Assembly: GCF_009914755.1 (NCBI RefSeq) | Contig: NC_060935.1 | Reading direction: 5' to 3' (one strand) | Length of the DNA: 64,000 nt | DNA from: the human T2T-CHM13v2.0 reference genome, Homo sapiens | Part shown: piece after piece, positions 12,051-26,774 of the stretch | Numbering within the stretch: position 1 is the stretch's first letter | Layout of the letters: every line of letters starts with the position of its first letter | The notes under the pieces: model-generated | What the model was told of the DNA's origin: nothing | Database searches by the model: none | What the model saw: the letters and a program-made list of their open reading frames with translations, nothing else | Program-made: the position numbers and the translations under genes

Positions 12051-12624
12051 TTGGCAAAACATGAAAAGGAGAAACGGGGCGGGGGAAGAAGAAAATGAGG
12101 AGATTATGATATTCCAGAATTCCAAGCCATGGAGTCATTGATGAGTAAGTAGTGTCAGTAGCGGCTACATGGTTTCAAGATTAACCTTTGGCTGAGCAAT
12201 GAGGAGTCATTGCCAATGTTGTCAAAGTGGTTGCAGAGAAAGAGTGGCCGGAAGACGAAGCAGAGCAGGTGTGCGAGAGAATGGCAAATGGTGTGATGGA
12301 TTTCCTGGACACCCCTGATGTGAACTGAAACACCACAGACAAGACAGTTCAGGTAGGTGGCTGCATGCCATGTTATTGTATAACAACCAATAGTGTTTCT
12401 ATATACAAAATAAGCAGTAGGAAGAAATAAGAGAAAATGAACCCAACCACATCTTCTGAAAAAGAAGGGTAATGAGGATGGATGATTAAAACATAGTGTA
12501 AAGCCTGAATAAGCACAATATTGTAGTAGTCATTCATATATAGAAAAGCTAATCAATGGAAAAGTTGTAAAACTAACACAAATGCATATGGAAACATAGT
12601 ACGGTCATATCTCTTATTTTTATA

Positions 12625-15600
12625 ATTTTTTATTTTTGTAAATTTTTGTGGGCACATGGTAGATGTATATATTTATGGGGTACATGAGATGTTTTGATAT
12701 AGGCATGCCATGTGAAATAAGCGTATCATGGAGAATGGTGTATCCATCCCTCAATAATTTATCCTTTGAGTTACAAACAATCCCATTATATTCTTGAAGT
12801 TACTTAAAAATATACAATTCAGTTATTATTGACTACAGTAGCACTATTGTGCTATCAATGGTAGGTCTTACTCATTTTTTCTTTTTTTAGTTTTTTTTTT
12901 TTAAGTTCTAGGATACGTGTGCACAACGTGAAGATTTGATAAATAGGTATACATATGCCATGTTGGTTTGTTTCACCCATCAACTCATCATTTACATTAG
13001 ATATTTCTCCTAATGCTATCCCTCCCTCAGTGCCCCCACCCCCTACAGGCCCCTGTGTGTGATGTTCCCCGCCATGTGTCTAAGTGATCTCATTGTTCAA
13101 TTCCCACCTATGAGTGAGAACATGCAGTGTTTTGTTTTCTGTCCTTGTGATAGTTTGCTGAGAATGATGGTTTCCAGCTTCATCCATGTCCCTGCAAAGG
13201 ACATAAACTCATCCTTTTTTATGGCTGCATAGTATTCCATGGTATGTATGTGCCACATTTTCTTAATCCAGTCTAACATTGATGGACATTTGGGTTGGTT
13301 CCAAGTCTTTGCTATTGTGAATAATGCCACAAGAAACATACGTGTGCATGTGTCTTTATAGTAGCATGATTTATAATCCTTTGGGTATATACCCAGTAAT
13401 GGGATGGCTGGGTCAAATGGTATTTCTAGTTCTAGATCCCTGAGGAATCGCCACACTGTCTTCCACAATGGTTGAACTAATTTGCACTCCCACCAACATT
13501 GTAAAAGTGTTCCTACTTCTCCACATCCTCTCCAGCACCTGTTATTTCCTGACTTTTTAATGATTGCCATTCTAACTGGTGTGAGATGGTATCTCATTGT
13601 GATTTTGATTTGCATTTATCTGATGACCAGTGATGATGAGCATTTTTTTCATGTGTCTGTTGGCTGCATAAATGTCTTCTTTTGAGAAGTGTCTGTTCAT
13701 ATCCTTTGTCCACTTTTTGATGGGGTTGTTTGATTTTTTCTTGTAAATTTGTAGTTCTTTGTAGATTCTGGATATTAGCCCTAGATTGCAAAAATTTTCT
13801 CCCATTCTGTAGGTTGCCTGTTCACTCTGAAGGTAGTCTCTTTTGTCATGCAGAAGCTCTTTAATTAGATCCCATTTGTCAGTTTTGGCTTTTTGTTGCC
13901 ATTGCTTCTGGTGTTTTAGTCATGAAGTCTTTGCTCATGCCTATGTCCTGAATGATATTGCCTAGGTTTTCTTCTAGGGTTTTTAATGGTTTTAGGTCTA
14001 ACATTTAAGCCTTTAATCCACCTTGAATTAATTTTTGTATATGGAATAAGGAAGGGATCCAGTTTCAGCTTTGTACATATGGCTAGCCAGTTTTCCCAGC
14101 ACCATTTATTAGATAGGGAATTCTTTCCCCATTTCTTGTTTTTGTCAGGTTTGTCAAAGATCAGGTGGTTGTAGATGTGTGGTGTTATTTCTGAGGCCTC
14201 TGTTTTGTTCCATTGGTCTATATCTCTGTTTTGGTACCAGTACCATGCTATTTTGGTTACTGTAGCCTTGTAGTATAGTTTGAAGTCAGGTAGTGTGATG
14301 CCTCCAGCTTTGTTCTTTTTGCTTAGGATTGTCTTGGCAATCTGGGTTCTTTCTTGGTTCCATATGAACTTTAAAGTAGTTTTTTCCAATTCCGTGAAGA
14401 AAGTAATTGGTAGCTTGATGGGGATGGCATCGAATCTATAAATTACCTTGGGCAGTATTGTCATTTTCATGATATTGATTCTTCCTATCCATGAGCATGG
14501 AATGTTCTTCCATTTGTTTGTGTCCTCTTTTATTTCATTGAGCAGTGGTTTGTAGTTCTTCTTGAAGAGGTCCTTCACATCCCTTGTAAGTTGGGTTCCT
14601 AGATATTTTCTTCTCTTTGTAGCAAGTGTGAATGGGAGTTCACTCATGATTTGCCTCTCTGTTTGTCTGTTATTGGTGTATAGGAATGCTTGTGATTTTT
14701 GCACATTGATTTTGCACCCTGAGAATTTGCTGAAGTTGCTTATCAGCTTAAGGAGATTTGGGACTGAAACAATGGAGTTTTCTAAATATACAATCATGTC
14801 ATCTGCAAACAGGGACAATTTGACTTCCTCTTTTCCTAATTGAATACCCTTTATTTCTTTCTCTTGCCTGATTGCCCTAACCAGAACTTCCAACACTATG
14901 TTGAATAGGAGTGGTGAGAGAGGGCATCCCTGTCTTGTGCCAGTTTTCAAAGGGAATGCTTCCAGTTTTTGCCCATTCAGTATGATATTGGCTGTGGGTT
15001 TGTCATAAATAGCTCTTATTATTTTGAGATATGTTCCATCAATGCCTAGTTTATTGAGAGTTTTTAGCATTAAGGGCTGTTGAATTTTGTCAAAGGCCTT
15101 TTCTGCATCTATTGATAATCATGTGGTTTTTGTGGTTGGTTCTGTTTACATGACGGATTATGTTTATTGATTTGCATATGTTGAACCAGCCTTGCATCCC
15201 AGGGATGAAGCCAACCTGATTGTGGTGGATAAGCTTTTTGATGTGCTGCTGGATTTGGTTTGCCAGTATTTTATTGAGGATTTTCACATTGATGTTTATC
15301 AAGGATATTGGTCTAAAATTCTTTTTTTTGTTGTGTCTCTGCCAGGCTTTTAGTATCAGGATGATGTTGGCCTCATAAAATGAGTTAGGGAGGATTCCCT
15401 CTTTTTCTATTGATTGGAATAGTTTCAAAAGGAATAGTACTAGCTCTTCTTTGTACCTCTGGTAGAATTCGGCTGTGAATCCATCTTGTCCTGGACTTTT
15501 TTTGGTTGGTAGGCTATTATTGCCTCAATTTCAGAGCCTGTTATTGGTCTATTCAAAGATTCAACTTCTTTCCAGTTTAGTCTTGGGAGGGTGTATGTGT

Positions 15601-18600
15601 CCAGGAATTTATCCATTTCTTCTAGATTTTCTAGTTTATTTGTATAGAGGTGTTTATAGTATTCTCTGATGGTAGTTTGTATCTCTGTGGGATTGGTGGT
15701 GATATTCCCTTTATCATTTTTTATTGCATCTATTTGATTCTTCTCTCTTTTCTTTATTAGTCTTGCTAGCGGTCTATCAATTTTGTTGATCTTTTCAAAA
15801 AACCAGCTCCTGGATTCATTGATCTTTTGAAGAGTTTTTTGTGTCTCTCTGATCTTAGTTATTTCTTGCCTACTGCTAGCTTTTGAATGTGTTTGCTCTT
15901 GCTTCTCTAGTTCTTTTAATTGTAATGTTAGGGTGACAATTTTAGATCTTTCCTGCTTTCTCTTATGGGCATTTAGTGCTATAAATTTCCCTCTGCACAC
16001 TGCTTTAAGTGTGTCTCAGAGATTCTGTGTTGTGTCTTTTTCTCATTGGTTTCAAGGAACATCTTTATTTCTGCCTTCATTTCTTTATTTACCCAGTAGT
16101 CATTCAGGAGCAGGTTGCTCAATTTCCATGTAGTTGTGCAGTTTTGAGTGAGTTTCTTAATCCTGAATTTCAATTTGTTTGCACTGTGGTCTGAGAGACA
16201 GTTTGTTTTGATTTCTGTTCTTTTACATTTGCTGAGGAGTGCTTTACTTTCAATTACATGGTCAATTTTAGAATAAATGTGATGTGGTGCTGAGAAGAAT
16301 GTATATTCTGTTGATTTTGGGGTGGAGAGTTCTGTAGACGTCTATTAGGTCTGCTTGGTGCAGAGCTGAGTTCGAGTCTTGGATATCCTTGTTAACCTTC
16401 TGTCTCATTGATCTGTCTAATGTTGACAGTGGGGTGTTAAAGTCGCCCATTATTATTGTGTGGGATTCTAAGTCTCTTTGTAGGTCTGTAAGGATTTGCT
16501 TTATGAATCTGGGGGCTGCTGTATTGGGTGCATATGTATTTAGGGTAGTTAGTTCTTCTTGTTGAATTGATCCCTTTACCATTACGTAATGGCCTTCTTT
16601 GTCTCTTTTAATCTTGCTGGTTTAAAGTCTGTTTTATCAGAGACTAGGATTGCAACCCCTGCTTTTTTTTTTCCTCCCCCTTTTGCTTGGTAGATCTTCC
16701 TCCATCCCTTTATTTTGAGCCTATGTGTGTCTTTGCACATGAGATGGGTCTCCTGAATACAGCACACTGATGGGTCTTCACTCTTTGTCCAATTTGCCAG
16801 TCTGTGTCTTTTAATTGGGGCATTTAGCCCATTTACATTTAAGGTTAATATTGTTATGTGTGAATTTGATCCTGTCATTACGATCTTAGCTGGTTATTTT
16901 GCCCGTTAATTGATGCAGTTTCTTCATAGCATCAATGGCCTTTACAATTTGGCAAGTTTTTGCAGTGACTGGTACCGGTTGTTCCTTTCTGTGTTTAGTG
17001 CTCTTGTAAGGCAGGCCTGGTGGTGACAAAATCTCTCAGCATTTGCTTGTCTGTAAAGGATTTTATTTCTCCTTCACTTATGAAGCTTAGTTTGGCTGGA
17101 TATGAAACTCTGGGTTGAAAATTCTTTTCTTTAAGAATGTTGAATATTGGCCCCCCCTCTCTTCTGGCTTGCAGGGTTTCCACCAAGAGATCAGCTGTTA
17201 GTCTGATGGGCTTCCCTTTGTGGGTAACTTGACCTTTCTCTCTGGCTGCCCTTAACATTTTTTCCTTCATTTCAACTTTGGTGAATCTGACAATTATGTG
17301 TCTTGGGGTTGCTCTTCTCGAGAAGTATCTTTGTGGCATTCTCTGTATTTCCTGAATTTGAATGTTGGCCTGCCTTGCTAGGTTGGGGAGGTTCTCCGGG
17401 ATAATATCCTGCAGAGTGTTTTCCACCTTGGTTCCCTTCTCCCCATCACTTTCAGGTACACCAGTCAAATGTAGATTTGGTCTTTTCACATAGTCCCATA
17501 TTTCTTGGAGGCTTTGTTCATTTCTTTTTACTCTATTTTCTCTAACCTTGTCTTCTCCCTTTATTTAATCAATTTGATCTTCAATCACTGATATCCTGTC
17601 TTCCACTTGATTTAATCGGCTATCGAAGCTTGTGCATGCATCACAAAGTTCTCGTGCCATGGTTTTCAGCTCCATCAGGTCATTTAAGGTCTTCTCTACA
17701 CAGTTTATTCTAGTTAGCCATTCATCTAAACTTTTTTCAAGGTTTTTAGCTTCCTTGCAATGAGTTCAAACATGCTCCTTTAGCTCAGAGAAGTTTGTTA
17801 TTACCGACCTTCTGAAGCCTACTTCTGTCAGCTCGTCAAAGTCACTCTCCGTCCACCTTTGTTCCATTGCTGATGAGGAGCTGCGATCCTTTGGAGGGAA
17901 GAGATTCTCTGAGTTTTAGAATTTTCAGCTTTTCTGCTCTGGTTTCTCCCCATCTTTGTGGTTTTATCTACCTTTGGTCTTTGATATTAGTGACCTACAG
18001 ATGGGGTTTTGGTGTAGATGTCCTTTTTGTTGATGTTGTTGCTATTCGTCTCTGTTTGTTAGTTTTCCTTCTAACAGTCAGGTCCCTCAGCTGCAGGTCT
18101 GTTGGAGTTTGCTGAAGGTCCACTCCAGACCCTGTTTGCCTGGGTATCACCAGTGGAGGCTCAGTTGGAAATGCAGAAATCACCCGTCTTCTGCATCAAT
18201 CACGCTGGGAGCTACAGACCAGAGCTCTTCCTGTTCGTCCATCTTGGAACGGATCCCGGTCTTATTCATTTTTTCTAACCATTTTTTGTACCTATTAACC
18301 ATCCCCACTTCCCCCCACACACACCCACATGACCCATCCCAGCCTCTGGTAACCATCCTTCTACTCTGAATGTCCATGAGTTCAATTGTTTTGATTTTTA
18401 GATCCCACAAACAAGTGAGAAAGTGTGATGTAAAGTTATTTCACTTAACATAATGATCTCGAGTTTTATCCATGCTGTTGCAAATGATTGGATCTCATTC
18501 TTCTTTATGGCTGAATAATACTCCATTGTGTACATGTACCACATTCTCTTTATCCATTCATCTGTTGATGGACACTTAGGTTGCTTTTAAATCTTGGCTA

Positions 18601-21600
18601 TTGTAAAAAGTGTTGCAACAAACATAAGAGTGCAGATCATATCAATTTCCTTTCTTTTGTGTATACCCAGCAGTACGATTGCTGGATCATCTAGTAGCTC
18701 TATTTTTAGTGTTTTGAGGAACCTCCAAACTATTCTCCATAGTGGTCATACTAATTTATTAACATATTCTTACCAACAGTATACAAGGGTTCCCTTTTCT
18801 TCACATCTTCACCAGCATATGTTATTTCTTGTCTTTTGGATATAAGCTTTTAACTGGGATGTGATGACATCTCATTGTAGTTTTGATTTGTATTTCTATG
18901 ATGATCAGTGAGGTTGAGCACCTTTTCATATACCTCTTTGCCATTTATATGTCTTCTTTTGAGAAATGTCCATTCAAATCTTTTGCCCATTTTTAATCGG
19001 ATTATTGGATTTTTTTTTTCCTGTAGACTTGTTTTAGCTCCTTGTATATTCTGGTTATTAATCCCTTGTCAGATGGGTAGTTTGCAAATATATTCACCCA
19101 TTCTGTGGGTTGTGTCTTCATTTTGTTGATTGCTTTCTTTGCTGTGCAGAAGCTTTTAAACTTGATGTAATCCCATTTGTTTGTTTTTGCTGTGGTTGAC
19201 AGTGCTTGTGGAGTATTGCTCAAGAAATCCTCACCCAGACCAATGTCCTGGAAATTTTCACCAATGATATTGATTCTTCCAGTCCACAAACATGAAATGT
19301 CTTTACATTTTTTCTGTCCTCTTTAATTTCCTTTATCAGTGTTTTATAGTTTTCATTACAGATATCTTTCACTTCTTTGGTTCAGTTAATTTCTAGGTAT
19401 TTAATTTTAGGTGTGGCTATTGCAAATGGGATTACCTTTTTATTTCTTTTTCTGATTTTTAACTGTGGGCATATAAAAATCCTACTAATTTTTGTATGTT
19501 GATTTTTGTATCTTATAACTTCACTGAATTTGTCAGTTCTAATAGTTTCCTTGTGGAATCTTTAGGTTTTTCCAAATGTAAGATTTTTATCAGCAAACAA
19601 GGATAATTTGACTTCATCCTTTCCAATTTGGATGCTCTTTATACCTTTCTGTTGTCTTCTTGCTGTAGCTAGGACTTCCAGTACTATGCTGAATAACAGT
19701 GGTGACAGTGGGCATCCTTGTTGTGTTCCAGTTCTTTGAGGGAAGACTTTGTTTTCTCCCACTTAGTATGATACTAATTGTGGGTCTGTCTTATATAACT
19801 TTTATGTTAAGGTATGTTTCCTCTATATCCAGTTTTTGGAGATTTTTTTTTTTTTATCCTGAAGGGTTACTGAAATTTATCAAATTCTTTTTCAGCAACA
19901 GTTGAAATGGTCATTTTTTTTTGTCCTTCATTCTGTTGATATGATGTATCACATTGATTGATTTGCATATGTTGAACCATTCTTGCATCCCAGGGATAAA
20001 TCCCACTTGGTCTTGATGAATGATCTTGCTAATGTATTGTTAAATTTGGTTTGCTGATATTTTGTTGAGGCTTTTTGCATCAATATTCATCAGAGATATT
20101 GGCCTGTAGTATTCTGTTTTTGATGTGTCTTTGCCTGGTTTTGGTATCAAGGTAATACTGACCTTGTAGAATGAATTTAGAAGTATTCCTTTCTCTTCTA
20201 TTTTTCTGAATAATGTGAGTAGGATTAATTCTTTAAATGTTTGGTAGAATTCAGCAGTGAAGCCATAGAGTCCTGGGCTTTTTTTTTTTTTTTTTCTGGG
20301 AGACTTTTTGTTACATCTTAGATCTTGTTCCTTGATCTTTTCAGGTTTTGGATTTCTTCCTGGTTCAATCTTGGAAGGTTGTATGTATCTAGGACTTTTT
20401 CTATTGGGATATGGTTGTTCATAGTAGCCACTAGTGATCATTTGAATTTCTGCAGTGTCAGTTTAGTGTCTTTTTTCATGTCTGATCTTATTTATTGGGA
20501 TCGTCTCACTTTTTTTCTTAGTCTGGCTAAAGTTTTTGGAATTTTGCTTAACTTTTCAAAAACCTTTCAGTTTTTATTGATATTTTTTATTCATTTTAAT
20601 TTAGTTTATTTTTGCTTTGGTCTTTATGATTTCTTTTCTCCTACAAGTTTTGGGTTTGGTTTGCTCTTGCTTTTCTAGCTATTTACAACGCATTGCTAGA
20701 TTATTTATGTAAAGCTTTTCTTTTTAACTCTAAGCACCTATAGCTCTAAATTTCCCTCTGGGTACTGCTTTTGCTGTATCTCATAGGTTTTGGCATGTTG
20801 TGATTCCATTATTATTTGCTTAGAGAGATTTTTAAATTTTCTTCTTAATTACTTCACTGACCTATGGGTCATTCAGAAGCATATTGTTTAATTACCATGT
20901 ATTTGTATGGTTTCCAAAATTCCTCTTGTTATTAATTTCTAGTTTTATTTCATTGTGGTCTGGGAAGATGCTTGATATTATTTCAATTTTTTGAATATTT
21001 TAAGACTTGCTTTCTGATCTTACATGCAGTTTATCTTCGAGAGTAATCCATGTGCTGAGGAAAAGAATATTCTGCAGTTCTTGGATAAAATGTTCTGTGC
21101 GTATCTATTAGGTCCATTTTGTCTATAGTGCAGATAAATTGTGACATTTCTTTGCTGATTTTCTGTCTAGAAGATTTGTCTAATGCTGAAAGTCTCCAGC
21201 CATTATTGTACTGGGGCCTACCTCTCTATTTAGCTGTAATAATATTTGCTTATATATCTGGGTGCTCCAATGTTGGATGCATATATATTTAAAATTGTTA
21301 TATCCTCTTGGTGAACTCATCCCTTTATCATTATATAGTGACCTTCTTTGTCTCTTCTTATAGTTTTTGTCTTGAAATCTATTTGGCTGATAAAAGTATA
21401 GCTACCCCTGCTTTTTTGGTTTCCATTGGCATGAAATATCTTTTTCCATCCTTTTATTTTCAGTCTATGTTTCTTTATAGGTGAAGTGTGTTTCTTGTAG
21501 GCAACAGATCAATGGGTCTTGTTTTTTCATCTACTTAACCAGTCTATGGCTTTTGATTGGAGAGTTTAGTCCATTCAATAACATTCAGTGTTATTATTGA

Positions 21601-24600
21601 TAAATAAGGACTTACTCCTGCCATTTTGTTATTTGTTTTCTGGTGGTTTTGTAGTCGTCTCTTTCTTCTTTCTTTCATTCCTGTCTTCCTCTAGTGAAGA
21701 TAATTTTTCTGATAATATCATTTGGCTTTTTACTTTTTATTTTTTGTGTATTCTATATTTTTTGATTTGAGGTTACCAAAAGGCTTGCAAATACTTTTAT
21801 AACCCATTATTGTTACCTAATAACAACTTAACACTATTTACATGAACAAACAAGCAAAAAGAAAACTAATAAAAACTCTCTTTAACTTCATTCCCTGGCT
21901 TTCTGTTTTGTTGTTTCTATTTATATCTTAATATAGTGACCATGTCTTGAAAGGTTGTTGTCATTACTTTTGATTGGCTCATTGTTTATCTACTTAGGAT
22001 AAAAGAACTTTACACACCCCACTTACAGTGTTATAATAATCTGTGTTTTTCTGTGTATTTATTATTACCAGTACATTTTGTACCTTCAGGAGATTATTTA
22101 TTGCTCATTAATCCCATTTTCTTTCTGATTGAAATACTCCATTTAGCATGTCTTGTAGAATGGGTCTGGTATTGATAAAATCCATCAGCTTTTGTTTGTC
22201 TGGGAAAGTCTTTATTTCTTCATATTTAAAGAATATTTTTACCAGATATACTATTCTGGGGTAAAAGTTTTTTTTTCCTTCAGCACTTTAAATGCCAGTC
22301 TCTCCTGGCCTGTAAGGTTTCCTCTCAATAGTCTGCTGCTAGATGATTGAAACTCCAATGTATGTTATTTGTCCCTTTTCTCTTGCTATTTTTAGGATTC
22401 CTTCTTTATTCTTGATCTTCACGAGTTTAACTATTAAATGCCTTGAGAGGTAGTCTTATTTGGGTTAAATCTTCTTGGTGTTCTATAACCTTCTTGTACT
22501 TGGACATTAATATCTTTCTCTAGGTTTGGGAAGTTCTCTGTTATTAACCCTTTGAATAAACTCTCTACACCATCTCTTTCTCTGTCTCTTCTTTAAGGCC
22601 AATAATTCTTAGATTTGCTTTTTTGCAGCTATTTTCTAGATCCTGCAGCTGTGCTTCATTGTTTATTTTTGTCTTCTCTGTGTATTTTCAAATAGCCTTT
22701 CTTCAAGCTCACTAATGCTTTCCTCTGTTTGACCCATTTTGCTGTTAAATGACTGTCATGCATTCTTCAGTAAGCCAATTGCATTTTTCAGTTCCAGAAT
22801 TTCTGCTTGAGTTTTTAAAATTATTTCAATCTCTTTGTTAAATTTATCTGATGAAACTCTGAATTCTTCCTCTGTGTTATCCTGAATATCTTTGAGTTTC
22901 CTCAACACAGCTATTTTGAATTCTCTGTAAGGTCACATATCCGTTTCTCCAGGATTTGTTCCTGGTGCCTTGTCTATTTCATTTGGTGAAGTCATGTTTT
23001 CTTTAAAGTTGTTCATGCTAGTAGATGTTCTTCAGTGTCTAAACATTGAAGGGTTAGGTATTTATTGCAGTCTTCACTGTCTGGACTTATTTGTACCCAT
23101 ACTTCTTGGGAAGGCTTTCAAAAGGACTTGGGTGTTGTTATCTAAGCTGTTTCTGCTTTAGGGGGCACCCCAGGCCATTTAATGCTGTGGTTCTTGCAGA
23201 CTTGTAGACATACCACCTTGATGGTGTTGGACAAAATCTGGAAGAATTCTCTAGATTACCAGGCAGAGACTATTGTAGCCTTTCCTTACTTTTTCCCAAA
23301 CATACAGAGTCTCTCTCTTGCTGTGTTCTGAGCCACCTAAACCTGGGGGTGGAGTGAAACAAGCACCCCTGTGGCCACCACTACTATGACTGTGCTGGGT
23401 CCCAGCACAATGCTGGGTCTCATCCAAAGGCCTGCTGTAGCCACTCCCTGGCTACTGTTTATGTTCCCTCAAGGTCCTAGGCCTCTATTATCAGTATGTG
23501 GCAAATTCACCCAGGTCTATGTCTTTCCCTTCAGGATGATGGGGCCCCCCAGGCCCTGGGTGGATCCAGAAGTACCATCTGGGAATCAGAGTCTAAAGTC
23601 AAAAACCTTAGGAGTCTACCTGGTATTCTATTGCATTGCAGTTAGGCTGACACTCAAACCACAAGACACAGTCCTTACCACTCTTCCCTCCCCCTCACAA
23701 AGGCAGAAGAGCCTCACTCTGTAGCCACCACCACGCCGGGTCACAAGAAGTCCTCTCAGACTACCACCAATATTCCCTTAAGGCCCAAGGTCTCTTAAGT
23801 CAGCTTGTGGTGAATGCTGCCTGGCCTGGGACTCACCCTTCAGAAAGGTAGACTTCCCTCTAGCCCAGAGCAGGTCCAGAAATGCTGTTCCAGAGTCAAG
23901 TCCTAGAAATGGGGATCCCAAAGAGCCTCCTTGGTGCTCTACCCCCATATGGCATTGTTGGTACCTGAAGCCAGCAAGTCTCAGCTTCACCAAGGCCCTT
24001 GATGTAGTACTGCTGCTAAACCTGGGTGTTGCTGCTGGTTATTTAGGGCCCAAGGGCTTTTAAGTTTGCAGGTTATGAGTGCTGGAAGGGCTGGGTTGTT
24101 TCCTTTAAGGAAGTGGGTTCTCTCTAGCCCAGGATATGTCTAGAAATGTTGTCTGGGAGCTAGGGCCTAGAATGGGGGACTCAGGACTGACCTGTGCTTT
24201 ATCTTGCTGTGGCTGAGCTGGTATCCAAGATGCAAGACAAAGTTCTCCCCAGGCTTCCCTCTCCTCTCCTCTCCTCAAGCAGAAGAAAGGGAGCCATAAG
24301 CTGTGCAGCCTGGGTTAGGGGAGGGTTGTTGATTCCAGCACTACTTTAGCCACTCCAGCTAGTATGTCGGTGGGTGGTGTCTCCTGTTCCCCAGTTCACT
24401 GCCTCTGGGCCTAGTTGAGCCCTAGGACTGGCCTATGCATTACAGTTCTTATGGCCTAGACTGACTTTCAAGATGAGACACCCAGAACACTTTGGCCCTA
24501 GGTGGCAAGGTTTGCAGGCACTCAAGTTCAGACTGCTGGTATTGGAAATTCCCCTCTGGCTGGGGCTGCTTTAAATGCTCCCTCTGTGGGTGGGGGTCAG

Positions 24601-24905
24601 CAGAGTTCAATGCCTTACAATTGCTGTATTCTCCCTCCCCCAGCACCCAGAGATGCTGTCAGCACCACACTGCCTCTGCTAGGGGTCAGGGAGGGGTGGT
24701 GTCTGTGATTCAGGGCTGTTTCTTTTCTATCTCTTCAGTGCCTCTTTCAGGAATATGAAGTTTAAAGTAGGTATTATGAGTGCTTACCTGATTTTTGGTT
24801 CTTATGAAGGTATTTTTGTCCATGTAGATAGTTGTTAACTTTGTCTCCTTGCTTGGGGGACAACTGGGGAAGCTTTGTATCCCACCACCTTGCTCTGCCT
24901 CCCTC
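12625..24905 (-). mobile_element. L1MA-type (L1MA1/2-like) LINE-1, near full length, interrupted by L1PA at 12883-18257
   Basis: 3'UTR ttatggggtacatgagatgttttgatataggcatg; ORF2 fragments at 19000-21500 ([13 protein letters not shown]); long 5' region ending at ...ccttgctctgcctccc ~24903; internal deletion near 19262. Confidence 0.85.
12883..18257 (-). mobile_element. L1PA6/7-like LINE-1 with both ends present and a spliced-out 5'UTR segment (SpIRE)
   Basis: 19-bp TSD ggtcttac/ttcattttttct (12864-12882, 18258-18276); ORF2 start MTGSNSHITILTLNVNG (16878); 384-aa RT fragment with LFADD (13916-15070); ORF1 fragment 16995-17489; 5' end GGGATCCGTTCCAAGATGG. Confidence 0.95.
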
Positions 24906-26774
24906 CTGCATATCATTTTATCTTGCTTCACTTTATTGGGCTTCACACATACTGCATTTACAGAAGTTTAAAGTTAGTGGCAACCCTGTCTGTCAGCAAA
25001 ATTTTTCCAGCAACATATGCTCACTTCAGGTCTGTGTGTCACATTTTGGTAATTTTCACAATATTTCAAAATTTAAAATTATTGTTCTATCTGTTATAGT
25101 AACTTGTAATCAGTGACCTTAGATGTTACTTATTGTAACTGTCTTGGGACACCACAAACTATGCCCATAAAAGACCGTGAGCTTAGTTGATAAACATTGT
25201 GTGTGTTCTGACTGCTCCACTGACAGGGCATTCCCCCATCTCCCTTCTTGGGTGTCCCTATTCCTTGGGACACTAAAATATTGAAATTAAGTCAACTAAC
25301 AATGCCACAATGGGGAATAAGTGTTCAAGGGAAAGGAAGAGTCCCATACCTCACACTTTAGATCAAAAGTTAGAAATGATTAAACTCAGTGGGGAATGCA
25401 TGAAAGCTGAAAGCTAAAATAGGCAGAAAGTGAGGCTTCTTTTGCCAAATAGTTCACAAAGTTGTAAATGCAAAGGAAAAGTTCATGAAAGAAATGAAAG
25501 TGCTACTCCAGTGAACACATGAATTATGAGAAAGAGAAACATCCTTATTGATGATATGAAGAGAGTTTTAGTGGTCTGGCTCAATAAAACCAGCTGCAAC
25601 ATTCCCTCAAACCAAAGCCTCATCCAGAGCAAGGCCCTTCCTCTCTTCAAGTCTATGAAGGGTGAGAGAGGTGAGAAAGCTCCAGAAGAAAAATTTAGTT
25701 CATGAGGTTTAAGTAAAAAACATAAAAGTTCCAGGTAAAGCAGCAAGTGCTGATGGAGAAGCTGCAGTATGTTATGCAGAAGGTCCTGCTAAGATAATCG
25801 ATGAAGGTTAAACAACGATTTTCAATGTAGACTAAACAGCCTTCTATTGGAAGAAGATGCCATCTAAAACCTTCATAGCTAAAGAAGAGACTCAATGCCT
25901 GGCTTCAAAGAACAGGCTGACCCTCTTATTAGAGGCGAATGCAGCTGGTGACTTTAACTTGAAGCCAATGGTCATTTACCATTCTAAAAACACCACAGCC
26001 CTTAAAAACTAAGGTAAACAGATCTCACCAATCCTCTATACATGCAACAACAAAGCCTGGATGACAGCACATCTGTTTACAGCATCAATTACTGAATGTT
26101 TTAAGCCCGCTGTTGAGATCTTGTACTCAGAAAAAAGATTCCCTTCAAAAAATTACTGCTCATGGGCAATTCACCTGGTCACCCATTAACTGTGATAGAG
26201 ATGTGCAGGAAGTGAATATTTTTTTCATGCCTCCTAACACAATATCCATCTGTGCCCTTGGACCAAGAAATAGTCTTGACTTTTAAGCTTTGTTATTTTA
26301 GAAATATATTTGAGAAGGCTATAGCTGCAATATATAGTGATTCCTCTGATGGATCTGGGTAAATTGAAAATCTTCTGGAAAGGATTCACCACTCCAGATG
26401 CCATTAAGAACATTTGTGATTCATGGGAGGAGGACAAAACATCAATATTATCAGAAATTTAGAAGTTGATTCAAACTCTCATGGATGATTTCAAGAGGTG
26501 CAAGACTTCAGTGGAGGAAGTAACTGCATATGTGGTAGAAACAACAAGAGAACTAGAATTGGAAGAAGAGCTGGAGATGTGAATAAATTGTTTCAAATCT
26601 CATAAAACTCAAGTGAATGAGGAGTTGCTTCTTGCAGATGCACAAAGCAAGTGGTTTCTTGAGATGGGTGAAGATCCTATGAACAACATTGAAGTGACTA
26701 CAAAGGATTTAGACTATAGCATAAGTTTAGTTGATAAAGCAGTGGCAGAGTTTGAGAGAATTGACCTCAGTTTT

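Noticed and set aside
13916-15070. 384-aa reverse transcriptase ORF as an active gene or novel RT system
   Set aside because: It is a fragment of L1 ORF2; neighbouring segments are frameshifted and the promoter is spliced out.
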